The notes beneath the pieces were generated by a model that was given only the letters and a program-made list of their open reading frames with translations, searched no databases and had not been told where the DNA came from. From Gammaproteobacteria bacterium (GTDB lineage: Bacteria > Pseudomonadota > Gammaproteobacteria > SZUA-140): a stretch of 64,000 nt of DNA. A program made the position numbers and the translations under genes. The DNA is taken from NCBI GenBank assembly GCA_021648525.1, contig JAKISP010000008.1, forward strand, positions 13,744 to 77,743, in the 5' to 3' direction. Of the stretch, positions 42,890 to 52,621 are shown piece after piece. The stretch's first letter is position 1. Each line of letters begins with the position of its first letter.

Positions 42890-45061
42890 TTGAATATGAC
42901 ATCGCCAGACAAACCCACTACAGCCGAATTCACACCAGCCAGTACCAGCAAAAATAAAAAAAACCAGTTAGCCAGGCTATTCATCGCACTGCTCTTCACC
43001 CTGATTCTCCTGCTAATCGCCGCCCCGGCTGTGATCAAAATTGGCCTTCAGCAGTGGCTTAGCGAACAAACACAGAGTCACGTTACGGTCGCCGAGGTGA
43101 AACTCAATATTTTTAGTGGCAAGCTCTTTTTACGGCAGTTACATATCCCACATCAAAATAAAATGGCGCCAGCATCATCACTGGAATATGCCAGCATTAC
43201 CATCGATATGAAGGCACTCTTCCAACAGCAGATTGTGGTGAATGAGATAACCCTTAGCCACGCCAATATCATCATAGAACAAACCACCGATCAACTGCGC
43301 ATTGCCGGTATCGCACTACCACAGTCTGCCGACTCAACAGTAGAACCAGCACCTGACACTAATACCAGCAACCCGCTTGCTGTCACCATCCACACAATCA
43401 TACTGGAATCTATCGCACTTCATTATCAAAGTGATGCAATCAACAACAGGGTTGTGATCGATAGCGAGATTAAAAACATCAAAACAGCCGAACCAGACGA
43501 AGCAACACAGCTGACACTCAGCCTCAACATCGATAAAGGTGAGATTCGCTATCAGGGCGTGCTACATCCCTTTGCAACAACACCCGCCTTTGATGGTGAA
43601 CTAACCATCAATGAGCTGAACCTCGCAACATTTGCCTCGCTTATACCACAAAGTGATTTTATCATTAACCAACTCACGCTCAACCACCAAAGCAACATCA
43701 ACGGTGCATTCGCCAACGATGGCGCACCTCAGTTCAATCTGAAGGGTGATACCATCCTGCATAACATCGACGTTACTGCAACGCTAAATAACGAGACCTA
43801 TCTAAAAACAACATCAATCGCCATTAACAACATTGATGTGCAATACCCAGCCTCCGTTTCAATGGGTGAAATCATCATCAATGACCTTGATGCAGCCCTG
43901 CTTAAAGATAGTGAAGGCAATCTATTGACCAGAGCAAAACCAGCAGACGCTGAACCAGCAACAGCCAGCAAAAACACCTCCTCGCAGAAAAAACAGAGCC
44001 CCGCACTCATATATAGCATTGATCGTCTCTCGGTCGAAGGCAATAGCGCGCTGGCCTTTAGCGATGCATCCGTCTCACCTCAATTCCATACCAGGCTGCA
44101 ACCACTTTCGTTCACACTCGGCCGCATTGACAGTGCAAATCCCGCCGCTAAAACCGCACTTTCACTAGATGCCATTATCAATGAAATCGGTACAACAAAA
44201 TTGACCGGGTATATCTCACCACTCGCAGATGAATTAACGATCAACCTCAATAACACACTCACCGAACTGGAGCTGCCGGTCATATCCCCATACACAGAGC
44301 AAGCGATCGGTTATCAACTGCGCCGTGGTCGCCTCTCCGCCAAAACAGCACTGGAGATCAAAGGTGAGCTTTTGCAGGTTACCAATAAACTGACACTGGC
44401 CAAACTCAGCATTAAAGAGAGCGATCCAGAAAAAGCGCAGGGTCTAATCGAACAGTTAGAGATGCCACTTGATAGCGCACTTAACCTACTACGAGACGGT
44501 GATGACAACATCGTTTTCGATCTACCCATAAACGGCAGCCTCAATGACCCTCAATTTAAGCTGAGTGGCGTAGTCAAACTTGCGATCGGTAAAGGGATGA
44601 AGATGGCAGCAATGAAGTACCTGACAAATGCACTGCAACCACTGGGCACCCTCTTACTCGCCAAAGATATTATTGGCATCATTGCTAAACCTCGCTTCAA
44701 ACCGCTCAGTTTTGCAGCGGGACAATCTGAGCTGAACAACGACACCGCCGCCTACCTTGATAAGCTTGGCGAGCTACTGTCGAACCGCCCCAAACTGACC
44801 ATTTCATTATGTGGCATCGCCAACCAGGATGATCAGGCAGTGCTCAGTTCAACAGAACAGCAGACTGAAGAAACTGAATCAGCCCCTACAACAGCCAAAG
44901 AGCAACTACATGCGCTCGCCTCTGCACGTACCGAGAACGCCCGCGCTCACCTTAGCCAACAGGGCATCGGCAACAACCAGCTATTCGCATGCAATCCTGA
45001 AATAAGCCCAGAACGTGGTGATAGTCCCAGCATCGTCGAAGGGGTCGATATCATCCTGTAA
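42890..45061 (+). CDS. AsmA-like / DUF748-type large envelope protein with an N-terminal membrane anchor
   Basis: 723 aa with an N-terminal TM helix (LFIALLFTLILLLIAAPAVI) followed by a long beta-rich periplasmic region. The family assignment is tentative. Confidence 0.45.
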   Translation: MNMTSPDKPTTAEFTPASTSKNKKNQLARLFIALLFTLILLLIAAPAVIKIGLQQWLSEQTQSHVTVAEVKLNIFSGKLFLRQLHIPHQNKMAPASSLEYASITIDMKALFQQQIVVNEITLSHANIIIEQTTDQLRIAGIALPQSADSTVEPAPDTNTSNPLAVTIHTIILESIALHYQSDAINNRVVIDSEIKNIKTAEPDEATQLTLSLNIDKGEIRYQGVLHPFATTPAFDGELTINELNLATFASLIPQSDFIINQLTLNHQSNINGAFANDGAPQFNLKGDTILHNIDVTATLNNETYLKTTSIAINNIDVQYPASVSMGEIIINDLDAALLKDSEGNLLTRAKPADAEPATASKNTSSQKKQSPALIYSIDRLSVEGNSALAFSDASVSPQFHTRLQPLSFTLGRIDSANPAAKTALSLDAIINEIGTTKLTGYISPLADELTINLNNTLTELELPVISPYTEQAIGYQLRRGRLSAKTALEIKGELLQVTNKLTLAKLSIKESDPEKAQGLIEQLEMPLDSALNLLRDGDDNIVFDLPINGSLNDPQFKLSGVVKLAIGKGMKMAAMKYLTNALQPLGTLLLAKDIIGIIAKPRFKPLSFAAGQSELNNDTAAYLDKLGELLSNRPKLTISLCGIANQDDQAVLSSTEQQTEETESAPTTAKEQLHALASARTENARAHLSQQGIGNNQLFACNPEISPERGDSPSIVEGVDIIL

Positions 45062-45160
45062 TCATCATAATTAAGCCCTGAAAAGCGGGGCTGGATGGTG
45101 TTTGAGCATATAGCGAATGCGCAGCCGCTCAAACCATCTCATGGTAACGTCAAGCTGGCG

Positions 45161-45643
45161 TTATTTAAGCTTTTTGATTTTTTCCAGTACAAGCGGCGCA
45201 TGGCCACCCGAAGCCGTGCCATACTCAACACTGCTTAACAGCCCCTTTTTATCGATGATAAAGGTTGAACGTACAATACCCATTTTGGTCACACCCTTTT
45301 TCGTCTTCTCCTGCCACACCCCATAACGCTCACATAATTCACCCTCGGTATCGGCCAGCAGCTCTATCTTTAAACTGTATTTATCGATAAAAGATTGATG
45401 GCTCTTGCAGGAGTCTTTGCTCACCCCAATCACTATTGTTTGCAGGCGTGCAAACTCACCTGAGAGATTGGTGAATTCTGATGCCTCAAGGGTACAACCC
45501 GTGGTGTCATCTCGCGGATAAAAATATAAAACAACATTCTTTTTCCCTTTAAAATCAGACAGGCTAATCTCTGTTTTGCTCGCATTGAGTAGCGTAAAAC
45601 CAGGGGCGATCTCTTTCTTTTTTAACATAGCGTCAATCATCAA
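45161..45643 (-). CDS. bcp: Peroxiredoxin (Bcp/PrxQ-like thiol peroxidase)
   Basis: 160 aa. YFYPRDDTTGCTLEA contains the peroxidatic Cys in a TxxC context. Confidence 0.7.
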   Translation of the reverse strand: MMIDAMLKKKEIAPGFTLLNASKTEISLSDFKGKKNVVLYFYPRDDTTGCTLEASEFTNLSGEFARLQTIVIGVSKDSCKSHQSFIDKYSLKIELLADTEGELCERYGVWQEKTKKGVTKMGIVRSTFIIDKKGLLSSVEYGTASGGHAPLVLEKIKKLK

Positions 45644-45829
45644 CCTATTATCATGTAAGCCTTAATTATACGGTTTATTGCCGATCAGGTCAGGAATATT
45701 ACTTTTCAGGTTCGCCTGACCACTACGATAGTAGACTTATCTAATTCAAGGGTATATCTTCCAGGTATAGCGATACCACTAATGAATGCCTCATTAAGTT
45801 TGTTTCATCGCTACTTGAAGGAGCCGCCC

Positions 45830-46066
45830 ATGCTAGAACATCACCATGACCTATCCAGGGAATTCCCTGAATTCAAAACGCGTATCCACGAATTCAAACA
45901 GAATGACCGTCATCTCATCAAACTATACGATCAGTATCAAGAGATTGATAAAGAACTGTTCCGCATCGAAGAAGGGATCGAAACCCCTTCAGATGAATAC
46001 ACCGAGACGCTTAAAAAGAGACGTCTGAAAATTAAAGATGAGCTTTATGCGATGTTAAGCAAATAA
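45830..46066 (+). CDS. YdcH/DUF465 family small protein (start taken at MLEHHHDL inside the longer 45782 ORF)
   Basis: HHHDLSREFPEFKTRIHEFKQNDRHLIKLYDQYQEIDKELFRIEEG is typical of DUF465. Confidence 0.5.
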   Translation: MLEHHHDLSREFPEFKTRIHEFKQNDRHLIKLYDQYQEIDKELFRIEEGIETPSDEYTETLKKRRLKIKDELYAMLSK

Positions 46067-46239
46067 CAGCCATAAAGAACCCGATGCTATTCAAACCAGG
46101 TTTTCCGCCACCACACGAAAAACCTGCCCCCGTTCCTCTAACACTTTCATTCACTTTCGGCCCAGTTCGACTAGAGGCATAACCATCTCTGCTTTATAAT
46201 CAGCACTATTCTTACATAACGCAAAGCCCTTAGTATCTG

Positions 46240-47163
46240 ATGTCAAATCCTGTCAGCCAGGCTGAAAATGAACGCCTGCTCAAACTAGCAACACGCGCCT
46301 CAGTGACTACTGCGGTGATCCTGATCATTGCCAAGTTGATCGCTTACTGGCAGACCGATTCTGTCAGCATCCTCGCCTCGCTGGTTGATTCATTAATGGA
46401 TGCCGCCGCCTCGATCATTAACCTGCTCGCCGTCGCCTATGCGCTTGCACCACCCGATGAAGAACATCGCTTTGGCCACGGCAAAGCGGAATCATTAGCG
46501 GGCATGGCACAGGCCACTTTTATTGCTGGCTCCGGGCTTTTTCTGATTGTGGAAGCGATTCAGCGCCTGATGAATCCACAACCGATTGAGGCCTTTAACA
46601 TTGGCATGGGGGTGATGATTTTCTCAATCATCGCCACACTTATTCTGCTTTCCATCCAGCGCCATGTGATCGCCAGAACAAACTCCACCGCGATTCGCGC
46701 CGATGCACTGCACTATAAAACGGACCTATTCACCAATGCAGCCATCATCATCGCATTACTCCTGTCACAGTTTGGCTGGCTCGGCATCGACCCTCTATTT
46801 GCACTCGCGATAGCCGCCTATATTCTCTACAGCTCATGGGAGATCGGCAGTGAAGCAGTCCATGACCTGCTAGACCGCGAACTACCCGAAGAGAAACGTC
46901 AGCAGATTGTCGATATCGCGAAAAGTCATCCAGAAGTTCGCGGTATGCACGACCTTCGTACCCGCCTCTCTGGACGCACTGAATTTATCCAGATGCACAT
47001 TGAACTGGACGATGAACTACCGTTGATCGAAGCACACGAAATCGCAGATCAGGTAGAAGACAAGATCATCAAGGCAATCCCAACCGCTGATGTGGTGATT
47101 CACCTTGACCCCGTGAGTACGGTCGATTTAGAGACACTGCCGCTGTTTAAGCGCAATGATTAA
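46240..47163 (+). CDS. fieF: Cation diffusion facilitator (CDF) family metal efflux transporter
   Basis: 307 aa with six TM helices, metal-site residues (HYKTDLFTN, DSLMDAAAS) and a cytoplasmic C-terminal domain. Confidence 0.8.
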   Translation: MSNPVSQAENERLLKLATRASVTTAVILIIAKLIAYWQTDSVSILASLVDSLMDAAASIINLLAVAYALAPPDEEHRFGHGKAESLAGMAQATFIAGSGLFLIVEAIQRLMNPQPIEAFNIGMGVMIFSIIATLILLSIQRHVIARTNSTAIRADALHYKTDLFTNAAIIIALLLSQFGWLGIDPLFALAIAAYILYSSWEIGSEAVHDLLDRELPEEKRQQIVDIAKSHPEVRGMHDLRTRLSGRTEFIQMHIELDDELPLIEAHEIADQVEDKIIKAIPTADVVIHLDPVSTVDLETLPLFKRND

Positions 47164-47426
47164 GATCATCATGATGGCTAAAAGGCTCCGTTAACCCAAC
47201 CTGTTAGCTCAATTTTCCTTTCTAACACATAGGCACGTATATAAGATATCTGCGAAATGATCGTAAGAATTTTTCGCAACGCAGGCTGCAATAATTAAAT
47301 AACGGGCATTTATTGGGCAGTAAAGGTTCCCGCGTTTTACAAGTTTCCGTCTCTTGTTTAAAGTTCATTTCTATGTTAGTTATAAAAAGTTCAGTCAGCA
47401 AATTAACTTAAGGAAAGGATATCCGA

Positions 47427-48614
47427 ATGAATAATTTAACTAAAGCAGTCGTTGGCATTTGCATCTTTCACCCTGTCGTGGCATTTTCTGCATCCGCACA
47501 AAAAGATGTAAGCCTAGAATCATATTTAAAAGACTACCACCCAGAAACCTACAGCGCAGCTAAAAGCAGTAATACTGATCTTAATTCACTTGAATTTTCT
47601 GCTTCAAATATCAATAATGATGATGCTGCTATGGTGGGTGCTAAATCAGCTTTAGCACTGTCACCGATACTACCACGCCCCTCACCAGGGTCGGCACGTA
47701 AGTACTGTGAGAAGGGTGGGACAGTGGGCGGTATATTTCTTGAAAATAACTTTGTGGCCACCTGTGTTAGTGAAGATGGTACTTTTGGCAATGGCTTTGC
47801 ACCGCTGGGAATGACATTTAACCCGGCTGGAACAGGCACGGTTAATGCACCAGATTATTTGCGGCCTGGCAGTCCCCATGAATATTTTTCAGTTACTTTC
47901 AATAAGCAATTATTTACCAATAACAATCGAAATGGACCCACGATGACGGGGTCTGATAATATTCCGACAAAAATTCGACGACTGGATCGATACCCTGCAC
48001 TTCAGGAAGGCGGGGTAATGGTTAGCTCAAGTATTACGGGTGAAAATCATGCTCAACTGAATATTAAACAAAAATATACTCTGGATCCAAATTCCAGAGA
48101 AATTATTGTCAGAGTAGAAATGCAAAATACAGGGTATGGCATGCTTCAAGGTATATCGTATGCCCGTGGAATAGATCCGGACCAGGACATACCCACCACC
48201 TATCATACGGTTAACCGGAAAGGTCATAGCTATTTTTTTCCAGGCAGCCCTGTTCATGTAAAACCGGCTAACATGGTTTGGGCTTCGGGAAAGTATAGCA
48301 AGCTCTCAATTGCACTTTATTCGGTTGACCCGGTCGGCCATGATACTTGTGTTAGTCGTACCTGGACAACAGACCCTATTGATATCCTGTCGCAAAATTG
48401 TGGTGATCCACAGCCTGTTTTTGATATCCCTGCCGGATTATATGGTTTTGATTATTCTGATTCGACAATTAATATTGCATTTAAGGTAGGAAAGCTGGCT
48501 CCAAAAGAGAAAAAAGTATTTTCGTTTAAATATCTTTTTGATAAGGAAAGAAAATACGTTATCCCTTATCCAAAACCTGTATTACCAATCCCCATCGATT
48601 CAGTGGACAAATAA
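47427..48614 (+). CDS. Hypothetical secreted protein in an AT-rich segment
   Basis: 395 aa with a signal peptide (VVGICIFHPVVAFSASAQ). AT-rich codon usage unlike its neighbours. No recognisable domain. Confidence 0.5.
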   Translation: MNNLTKAVVGICIFHPVVAFSASAQKDVSLESYLKDYHPETYSAAKSSNTDLNSLEFSASNINNDDAAMVGAKSALALSPILPRPSPGSARKYCEKGGTVGGIFLENNFVATCVSEDGTFGNGFAPLGMTFNPAGTGTVNAPDYLRPGSPHEYFSVTFNKQLFTNNNRNGPTMTGSDNIPTKIRRLDRYPALQEGGVMVSSSITGENHAQLNIKQKYTLDPNSREIIVRVEMQNTGYGMLQGISYARGIDPDQDIPTTYHTVNRKGHSYFFPGSPVHVKPANMVWASGKYSKLSIALYSVDPVGHDTCVSRTWTTDPIDILSQNCGDPQPVFDIPAGLYGFDYSDSTINIAFKVGKLAPKEKKVFSFKYLFDKERKYVIPYPKPVLPIPIDSVDK

Positions 48615-48618
48615 AAAC

Positions 48619-48652
48619 AGGGTCAGGCTTGATACGTTAATCAAGCCTGACC
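48619..48652. terminator. Strong hairpin between the convergent hypothetical gene and mutL; acts as a rho-independent terminator for mutL (U-tract on the minus strand)
   Basis: agggtcaggcttga-tacgttaa-tcaagcctgacc. The minus-strand side is followed by TTTTTAT. Confidence 0.55.
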
Positions 48653-48694
48653 TTAACACATCAACATCGCGTGCCTTCTCAAAAAGCAAGATTA

Positions 48695-50587
48695 CTAGCG
48701 ACCACGTAAAAACAGTTTATCCAGTTCAACCATACTCATTTGAGTCCAGGTGGGTCGCCCATGGTTACACTGCCCACTGCGCTCGGTACGTTCCATGTCA
48801 CGCAGTAGTGCGTTCATCTCCGGCAAGGTCAGGATACGGTTTGCACGCACAGAACCGTGACAGGCCATTGTCGCCAACACCTCATTGAGTCGTTCCTGTA
48901 CCCGCACACTTGCACCGTAGGTGTTGATATCCGACAGCACATCACGCACCAGCGTCTCAATATCGGCATCACTCAACAGCGTCGGCACCTCACGCACCAC
49001 GATTGTTTCGGGCGCAATGCGCTGAATATCAAACCCCAGTGAGGCAAAGACTTCGCTAAACTCCTCGGCTAATGCTGCCTCTTTTTGATTCACCGCAATC
49101 GACAACGGCACCAACAACGGCTGAGATTTGATGCCACCATCACTGAAGGTCTGTTTCATCCATTCATATGTGATCCGCTCATGTGCGGCGTGCATATCCA
49201 CCAGCACCAGTCCCGCTTCATTCTGAGCCAGAATATAGACCCCATGCAGCTGCGCGATGGCAAAGCCGAGTGGCGGCACTTCCGAGGCATCTTGATCAGA
49301 GACATAACCATCAACCAGCGGCTGCGCCACCGTGCTCTCTGCAAGCACCTTATAGACATCGTTCAACGGCTCATTCGTCCTTAACGAGATGTTTGACTGT
49401 CGCGTGTAGGCGGCAGCGCCAGCACGACCAACTGGCTGAGGGGTCGTTAACGGCATCACCGCTGCACCCTGAGAAGGCAGAGGATTAGCCCCCATCGTTG
49501 GCATTGATGGTGCCGTCGCGCCTTCATTTTCAGCATCACCCGGCCGCACATCCGCCAGTGAACGGTGGATTGCACTAAAAATAAAGTCGTGAGCCAGACG
49601 CCCTTCACGAAAACGTACTTCATGTTTAGCTGGATGGACATTCACATCCACCTGTTCAGGGGACATCTCAAGGTTCAGCACAAAAGCAGGGTGACGCCCG
49701 TGATAAAGCACATCACGGTAGGCCTGGCGAATGGCATGGCTCACCAGTTTGTCGCGAATCACACGGCCATTAACAAAGAAATACTGCATATCTGCCTGAC
49801 TGCGTGAAAATGCCGGTAATGCCACCCAGCCCCATAGGCGCAGACCGGCAGCTTCATACTCGATCGCCAGTGCATTGTCTCTAAATGGCTTGCCACAGAT
49901 CGCCTCGACCCGCTCAATGTATTGATCTGTGCTGGTCGCTGGGCGCAGTGACAACACAACTCTTTGATTGTGCTTCAGTTGAAAACCCACCTCAAAATGA
50001 CTCAATGCAATCCGCTTGACCACCTCTTCCAGATGCCCAAACTCAGTCTTCTCTTTACGCAGAAATTTACGCCGTGCAGGGGTATTAAAAAAGAGGTCTC
50101 GAATTTCGACTGTCGTGCCCAGCGGGTGCGCACACGGTGCGGCATCTTCCTCTGGCGCATACCCCTCACTGCTCACCCGCCAACCGCTCTCATCCCCCTG
50201 TTGCCGCGATATCAGGCTCATCCTTGCAATAGAGGCGATACTGGGCAACGCCTCGCCACGAAAACCCAGTGTGACGATACCATCCAGATCACCCGCATTA
50301 ATAATTTTACTGGTTGCATGGCGGTTTAGCGCTAAAAGAAGATCCTCACGGTGAATCCCGACGCCGTTGTCTCTCACCCGAATCAGGCGCGCACCACCCT
50401 GTTCAACGTCGATCTCTATCTGAGTCGCACCCGCATCCAGACTGTTTTCCAGCAACTCCTTTACCACCGAAGCCGGTCTTTCTACCACCTCACCCGCGGC
50501 AATTTGATTCGCCAATTGAGCGGTAAGATGATGGATACGTCTGGCAGGCGTATGTTGTATCTCAGAGACGGAATTTGAATTAGACAT
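48695..50587 (-). CDS. mutL: DNA mismatch repair protein MutL
   Basis: GHKL ATPase motifs (ELLENSLDAGAT, DNGVGI), the transducer domain, and C-terminal dimerisation motifs (QLHGVYIL). 630 aa. Confidence 0.9.
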   Translation of the reverse strand: MSNSNSVSEIQHTPARRIHHLTAQLANQIAAGEVVERPASVVKELLENSLDAGATQIEIDVEQGGARLIRVRDNGVGIHREDLLLALNRHATSKIINAGDLDGIVTLGFRGEALPSIASIARMSLISRQQGDESGWRVSSEGYAPEEDAAPCAHPLGTTVEIRDLFFNTPARRKFLRKEKTEFGHLEEVVKRIALSHFEVGFQLKHNQRVVLSLRPATSTDQYIERVEAICGKPFRDNALAIEYEAAGLRLWGWVALPAFSRSQADMQYFFVNGRVIRDKLVSHAIRQAYRDVLYHGRHPAFVLNLEMSPEQVDVNVHPAKHEVRFREGRLAHDFIFSAIHRSLADVRPGDAENEGATAPSMPTMGANPLPSQGAAVMPLTTPQPVGRAGAAAYTRQSNISLRTNEPLNDVYKVLAESTVAQPLVDGYVSDQDASEVPPLGFAIAQLHGVYILAQNEAGLVLVDMHAAHERITYEWMKQTFSDGGIKSQPLLVPLSIAVNQKEAALAEEFSEVFASLGFDIQRIAPETIVVREVPTLLSDADIETLVRDVLSDINTYGASVRVQERLNEVLATMACHGSVRANRILTLPEMNALLRDMERTERSGQCNHGRPTWTQMSMVELDKLFLRGR

Positions 50588-50832
50588 CGATATTTTTTCA
50601 CCACATTTTCAATGCTGCCATTATAAACAAATCACCCAGAAAATATCTTTTTCTCTCGCTCTGGCCTGGTCAAAGGGTTCATTGCACCTGGGATGCATCA
50701 AAAAGCTAGCAACTCTTTAATTTTTATTAAGCATGATTTAGAGCCTGGAACAGGTCATTGTCCATCAGGCCAAGATGATAGATAAATTAAAATGCGCTGT
50801 CGCTTAACGATAAACGGATAATATTCGATTTA

Positions 50833-51339
50833 TTATCGGTAACTTATGTGGACGCCCTTCACTCCTGCTAGTGCACTAACACCACCTGCCACAGTCAGAA
50901 TGATCAGTCCTGGACCAAGGAATATAGTAGCAAGACCCGCCCCAAAGATTCCAATTGCTAACGCCCCATACTCCTCATACGCCACTTTCTCTGCATTCTC
51001 TCCCGCAGCCGCGGCATTTTTCACTTTCTGCCCGGCGAATGTCGCATCAATCACAATCGCACCCACCGCACTCACGCTGGCGATCTTCAGAAAACGTTTC
51101 AGGCGCAGGACCTCACTGAGGCGGGTGAGATCAATGCTGTGTTTACGACTGCGCAGCGCTCGCATACCGCGCCTGGTGCTTTTCAGGACGACGTTGCTAC
51201 GAGCCATGCTGCTGACTTCACTTTTGTAGACTTTGCTCAGTTTTTCGTGGGCCGGTTGCATTTTATCAATTTTGATTTTTCTTTGTTCTCGCGCAGGGAT
51301 CAGAAATTGATTCCTTGAGTCAGTCAGGTTGATATTCAT
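50833..51339 (-). CDS. Paralog 3 (168 aa) of the glycine-zipper membrane-domain family: an orphan C-terminal module
   Basis: Shares RKIKIDKxQPAHEKLSxVYKSEV...KRFLKIAxVSAVGAIVIDATFAGQKVKNAAAAGENAEKVAYEEYGAL with the 334-aa protein. It ends in the hydrophobic GxxxG-rich segment IGIFGAGLATIFLGPGLIILTVAGGVSALAGV. Its start overlaps the upstream ORF stop by ATGA. Confidence 0.6.
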   Translation of the reverse strand: MNINLTDSRNQFLIPAREQRKIKIDKMQPAHEKLSKVYKSEVSSMARSNVVLKSTRRGMRALRSRKHSIDLTRLSEVLRLKRFLKIASVSAVGAIVIDATFAGQKVKNAAAAGENAEKVAYEEYGALAIGIFGAGLATIFLGPGLIILTVAGGVSALAGVKGVHISYR

Positions 51340-51740
51340 AACTTGACACCGAGTACTTTGGTGAGAAAAAATAAAGCAATCAGACTTCCCACCGTTAAAA
51401 AGCCAATAAACAGATATAAATAACTTAAAATAATATCGAGTAGCGGGGCATTGCCACGAAAATTATAACCATTAGTGACATCGTGTATGACATGATGGCG
51501 TTTGCTGTGGATAAGATTTTTAAACACAATAAGCCCAGAATAGTAACCGGTTCGAACTACCGTTCCCATGAGTAATGGCAATGGTATGATGCGATCATAT
51601 TCAGGGAACATTGCATCATATTTTCGTGTTAGCCTAAAATACAGAAAGAGAAGCAAAATCATACCGACCAAACAACCAAAACCAAAACCAAGCGCAAGTA
51701 TCGACGCAAGCCATTCTTTAGTTACGGGCGACATTCCCAT
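51336..51740 (-). CDS. Small two-TM membrane protein (134 aa), paralog of 52194..52592; candidate immunity/partner protein
   Basis: TM1 LASILALGFGFGCLVGMILLLFLYF and TM2 LYLFIGFLTVGSLIALFFLTKVLG. About 50% identical to the 132-aa paralog (shared YFRLTRKYDxMFP, YxFRGNAxLxDIIL). Confidence 0.6.
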   Translation of the reverse strand: MGMSPVTKEWLASILALGFGFGCLVGMILLLFLYFRLTRKYDAMFPEYDRIIPLPLLMGTVVRTGYYSGLIVFKNLIHSKRHHVIHDVTNGYNFRGNAPLLDIILSYLYLFIGFLTVGSLIALFFLTKVLGVKL

Positions 51741-51772
51741 GCTTAACTCCCACTGTTACCTTTACAATATGC

Positions 51773-52132
51773 TCACTGTACTTCTGACAGGAGTTGTTTT
51801 TTCCGTTCAGCGGGCAGCGCTAGCTCGTAGGCTGAGATCTGTTCGTAGAGTGACTTGCCAAATTCACGTCCACCTTCGGCACCCAATAGCGCACTAACAC
51901 CACCTACGACAGTAAGAAGGATCAGTCCTAGGCCAATAAAAGTAATAGCAGCAAAGGTCACAAAAGTGGCTGCTCCGATACCCACAATCAACGCTCCATA
52001 CTCCTCATATGCCACCTTCTCCGCATTCTCCGCATTCTCCGCATTCTCCGCATTCTCGCCCGCAGCACGGGCATTTTTCACTTTCTGCCCGGCGAATGTC
52101 GCATCAATCACAATCGCTCCCACCGCACTCAC
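51773..52132 (-). CDS. Paralog 2 (119 aa): N-terminally truncated orphan copy of the glycine-zipper module carrying an (ENA)n repeat expansion. It may be an untranslated fragment.
   Basis: Homology to the other copies begins at LKIARVSAVGAIVIDATFAGQKVKNA. The upstream frame is open but non-homologous. The C-terminus is GIGAATFVTFAAITFIGLGLILLTVVGGVSALLGAEGGREFGKSLYEQISAYE. Confidence 0.45.
   Translation of the reverse strand: MSAVGAIVIDATFAGQKVKNARAAGENAENAENAENAEKVAYEEYGALIVGIGAATFVTFAAITFIGLGLILLTVVGGVSALLGAEGGREFGKSLYEQISAYELALPAERKKQLLSEVQ
52016..52060. repeat. In-frame 9-bp tandem repeat (ttctccgca x4 plus one degenerate unit) encoding ENAENAENAENAE
   Basis: Seen directly in the sequence. 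The other two paralogs carry a single unit (GENAEK). Confidence 0.85.
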
Positions 52133-52193
52133 TCTGGCGATTTTCAGAAAATATTGGGGACGCTGGGCATCGTTGCATCGGGCAGATTGGCAC

Positions 52194-52592
52194 TCATAAG
52201 TCGATGCCTAATATTTTCGTGAGAATAAAAAATGTAACTGCACTGACCAACATAACTGAGCCGAAAAAAAGCGTCGAATAGCATAAAATAATATCGAACA
52301 GCGATGCATTGCCACGAAAATCATATCCTCCCGTTATATGACGAATGCGCTCATTACGCTGACTGAGGTTTTTACAAATAATGCACCACATATAGCGTCC
52401 GGCACGGTTAATCTCCCCCTGTATCCCGATGCCATCAGTAAGATTAGCATGACCGGGAAACATCGGATCGTATTTCCGGGTCAGTCGAAAATACATAACA
52501 GGGAGTAGAATCATTCCCATCATCCCACCAATACCACCTCCCAAAACAAGCAGCCCCCCCAGCAGCTCTTTCATTTCTAATGACCATGCCAT
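52194..52592 (-). CDS. Small two-TM membrane protein (132 aa); candidate immunity/partner protein
   Basis: TM1 LLGGLLVLGGGIGGMMGMILLPVMYF and TM2 LCYSTLFFGSVMLVSAVTFFILTKILG. Paralog of 51336..51740. Confidence 0.6.
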   Translation of the reverse strand: MAWSLEMKELLGGLLVLGGGIGGMMGMILLPVMYFRLTRKYDPMFPGHANLTDGIGIQGEINRAGRYMWCIICKNLSQRNERIRHITGGYDFRGNASLFDIILCYSTLFFGSVMLVSAVTFFILTKILGIDL

Positions 52593-52621
52593 ATCTAATC
52601 ACTTACTCACTGTTTTTAAGC

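Noticed and set aside
46194-46199. tataat hexamer upstream of the CDF transporter gene
   Set aside because: Plausible -10 element, but no matching -35 was verified and the spacing to the start codon is uninformative. Not reported as a feature.
51536-51552. tRNA T-loop-like ggttcgaac motif
   Set aside because: It is embedded in the coding sequence of the 134-aa membrane protein and has no flanking acceptor or anticodon stem complementarity. No tRNA genes were convincingly identified anywhere in the window.
52016-52060. Possible CRISPR-like repeat
   Set aside because: The 9-bp units are directly tandem with no spacers and lie in frame inside a coding sequence. This is a simple tandem repeat, not a CRISPR array.
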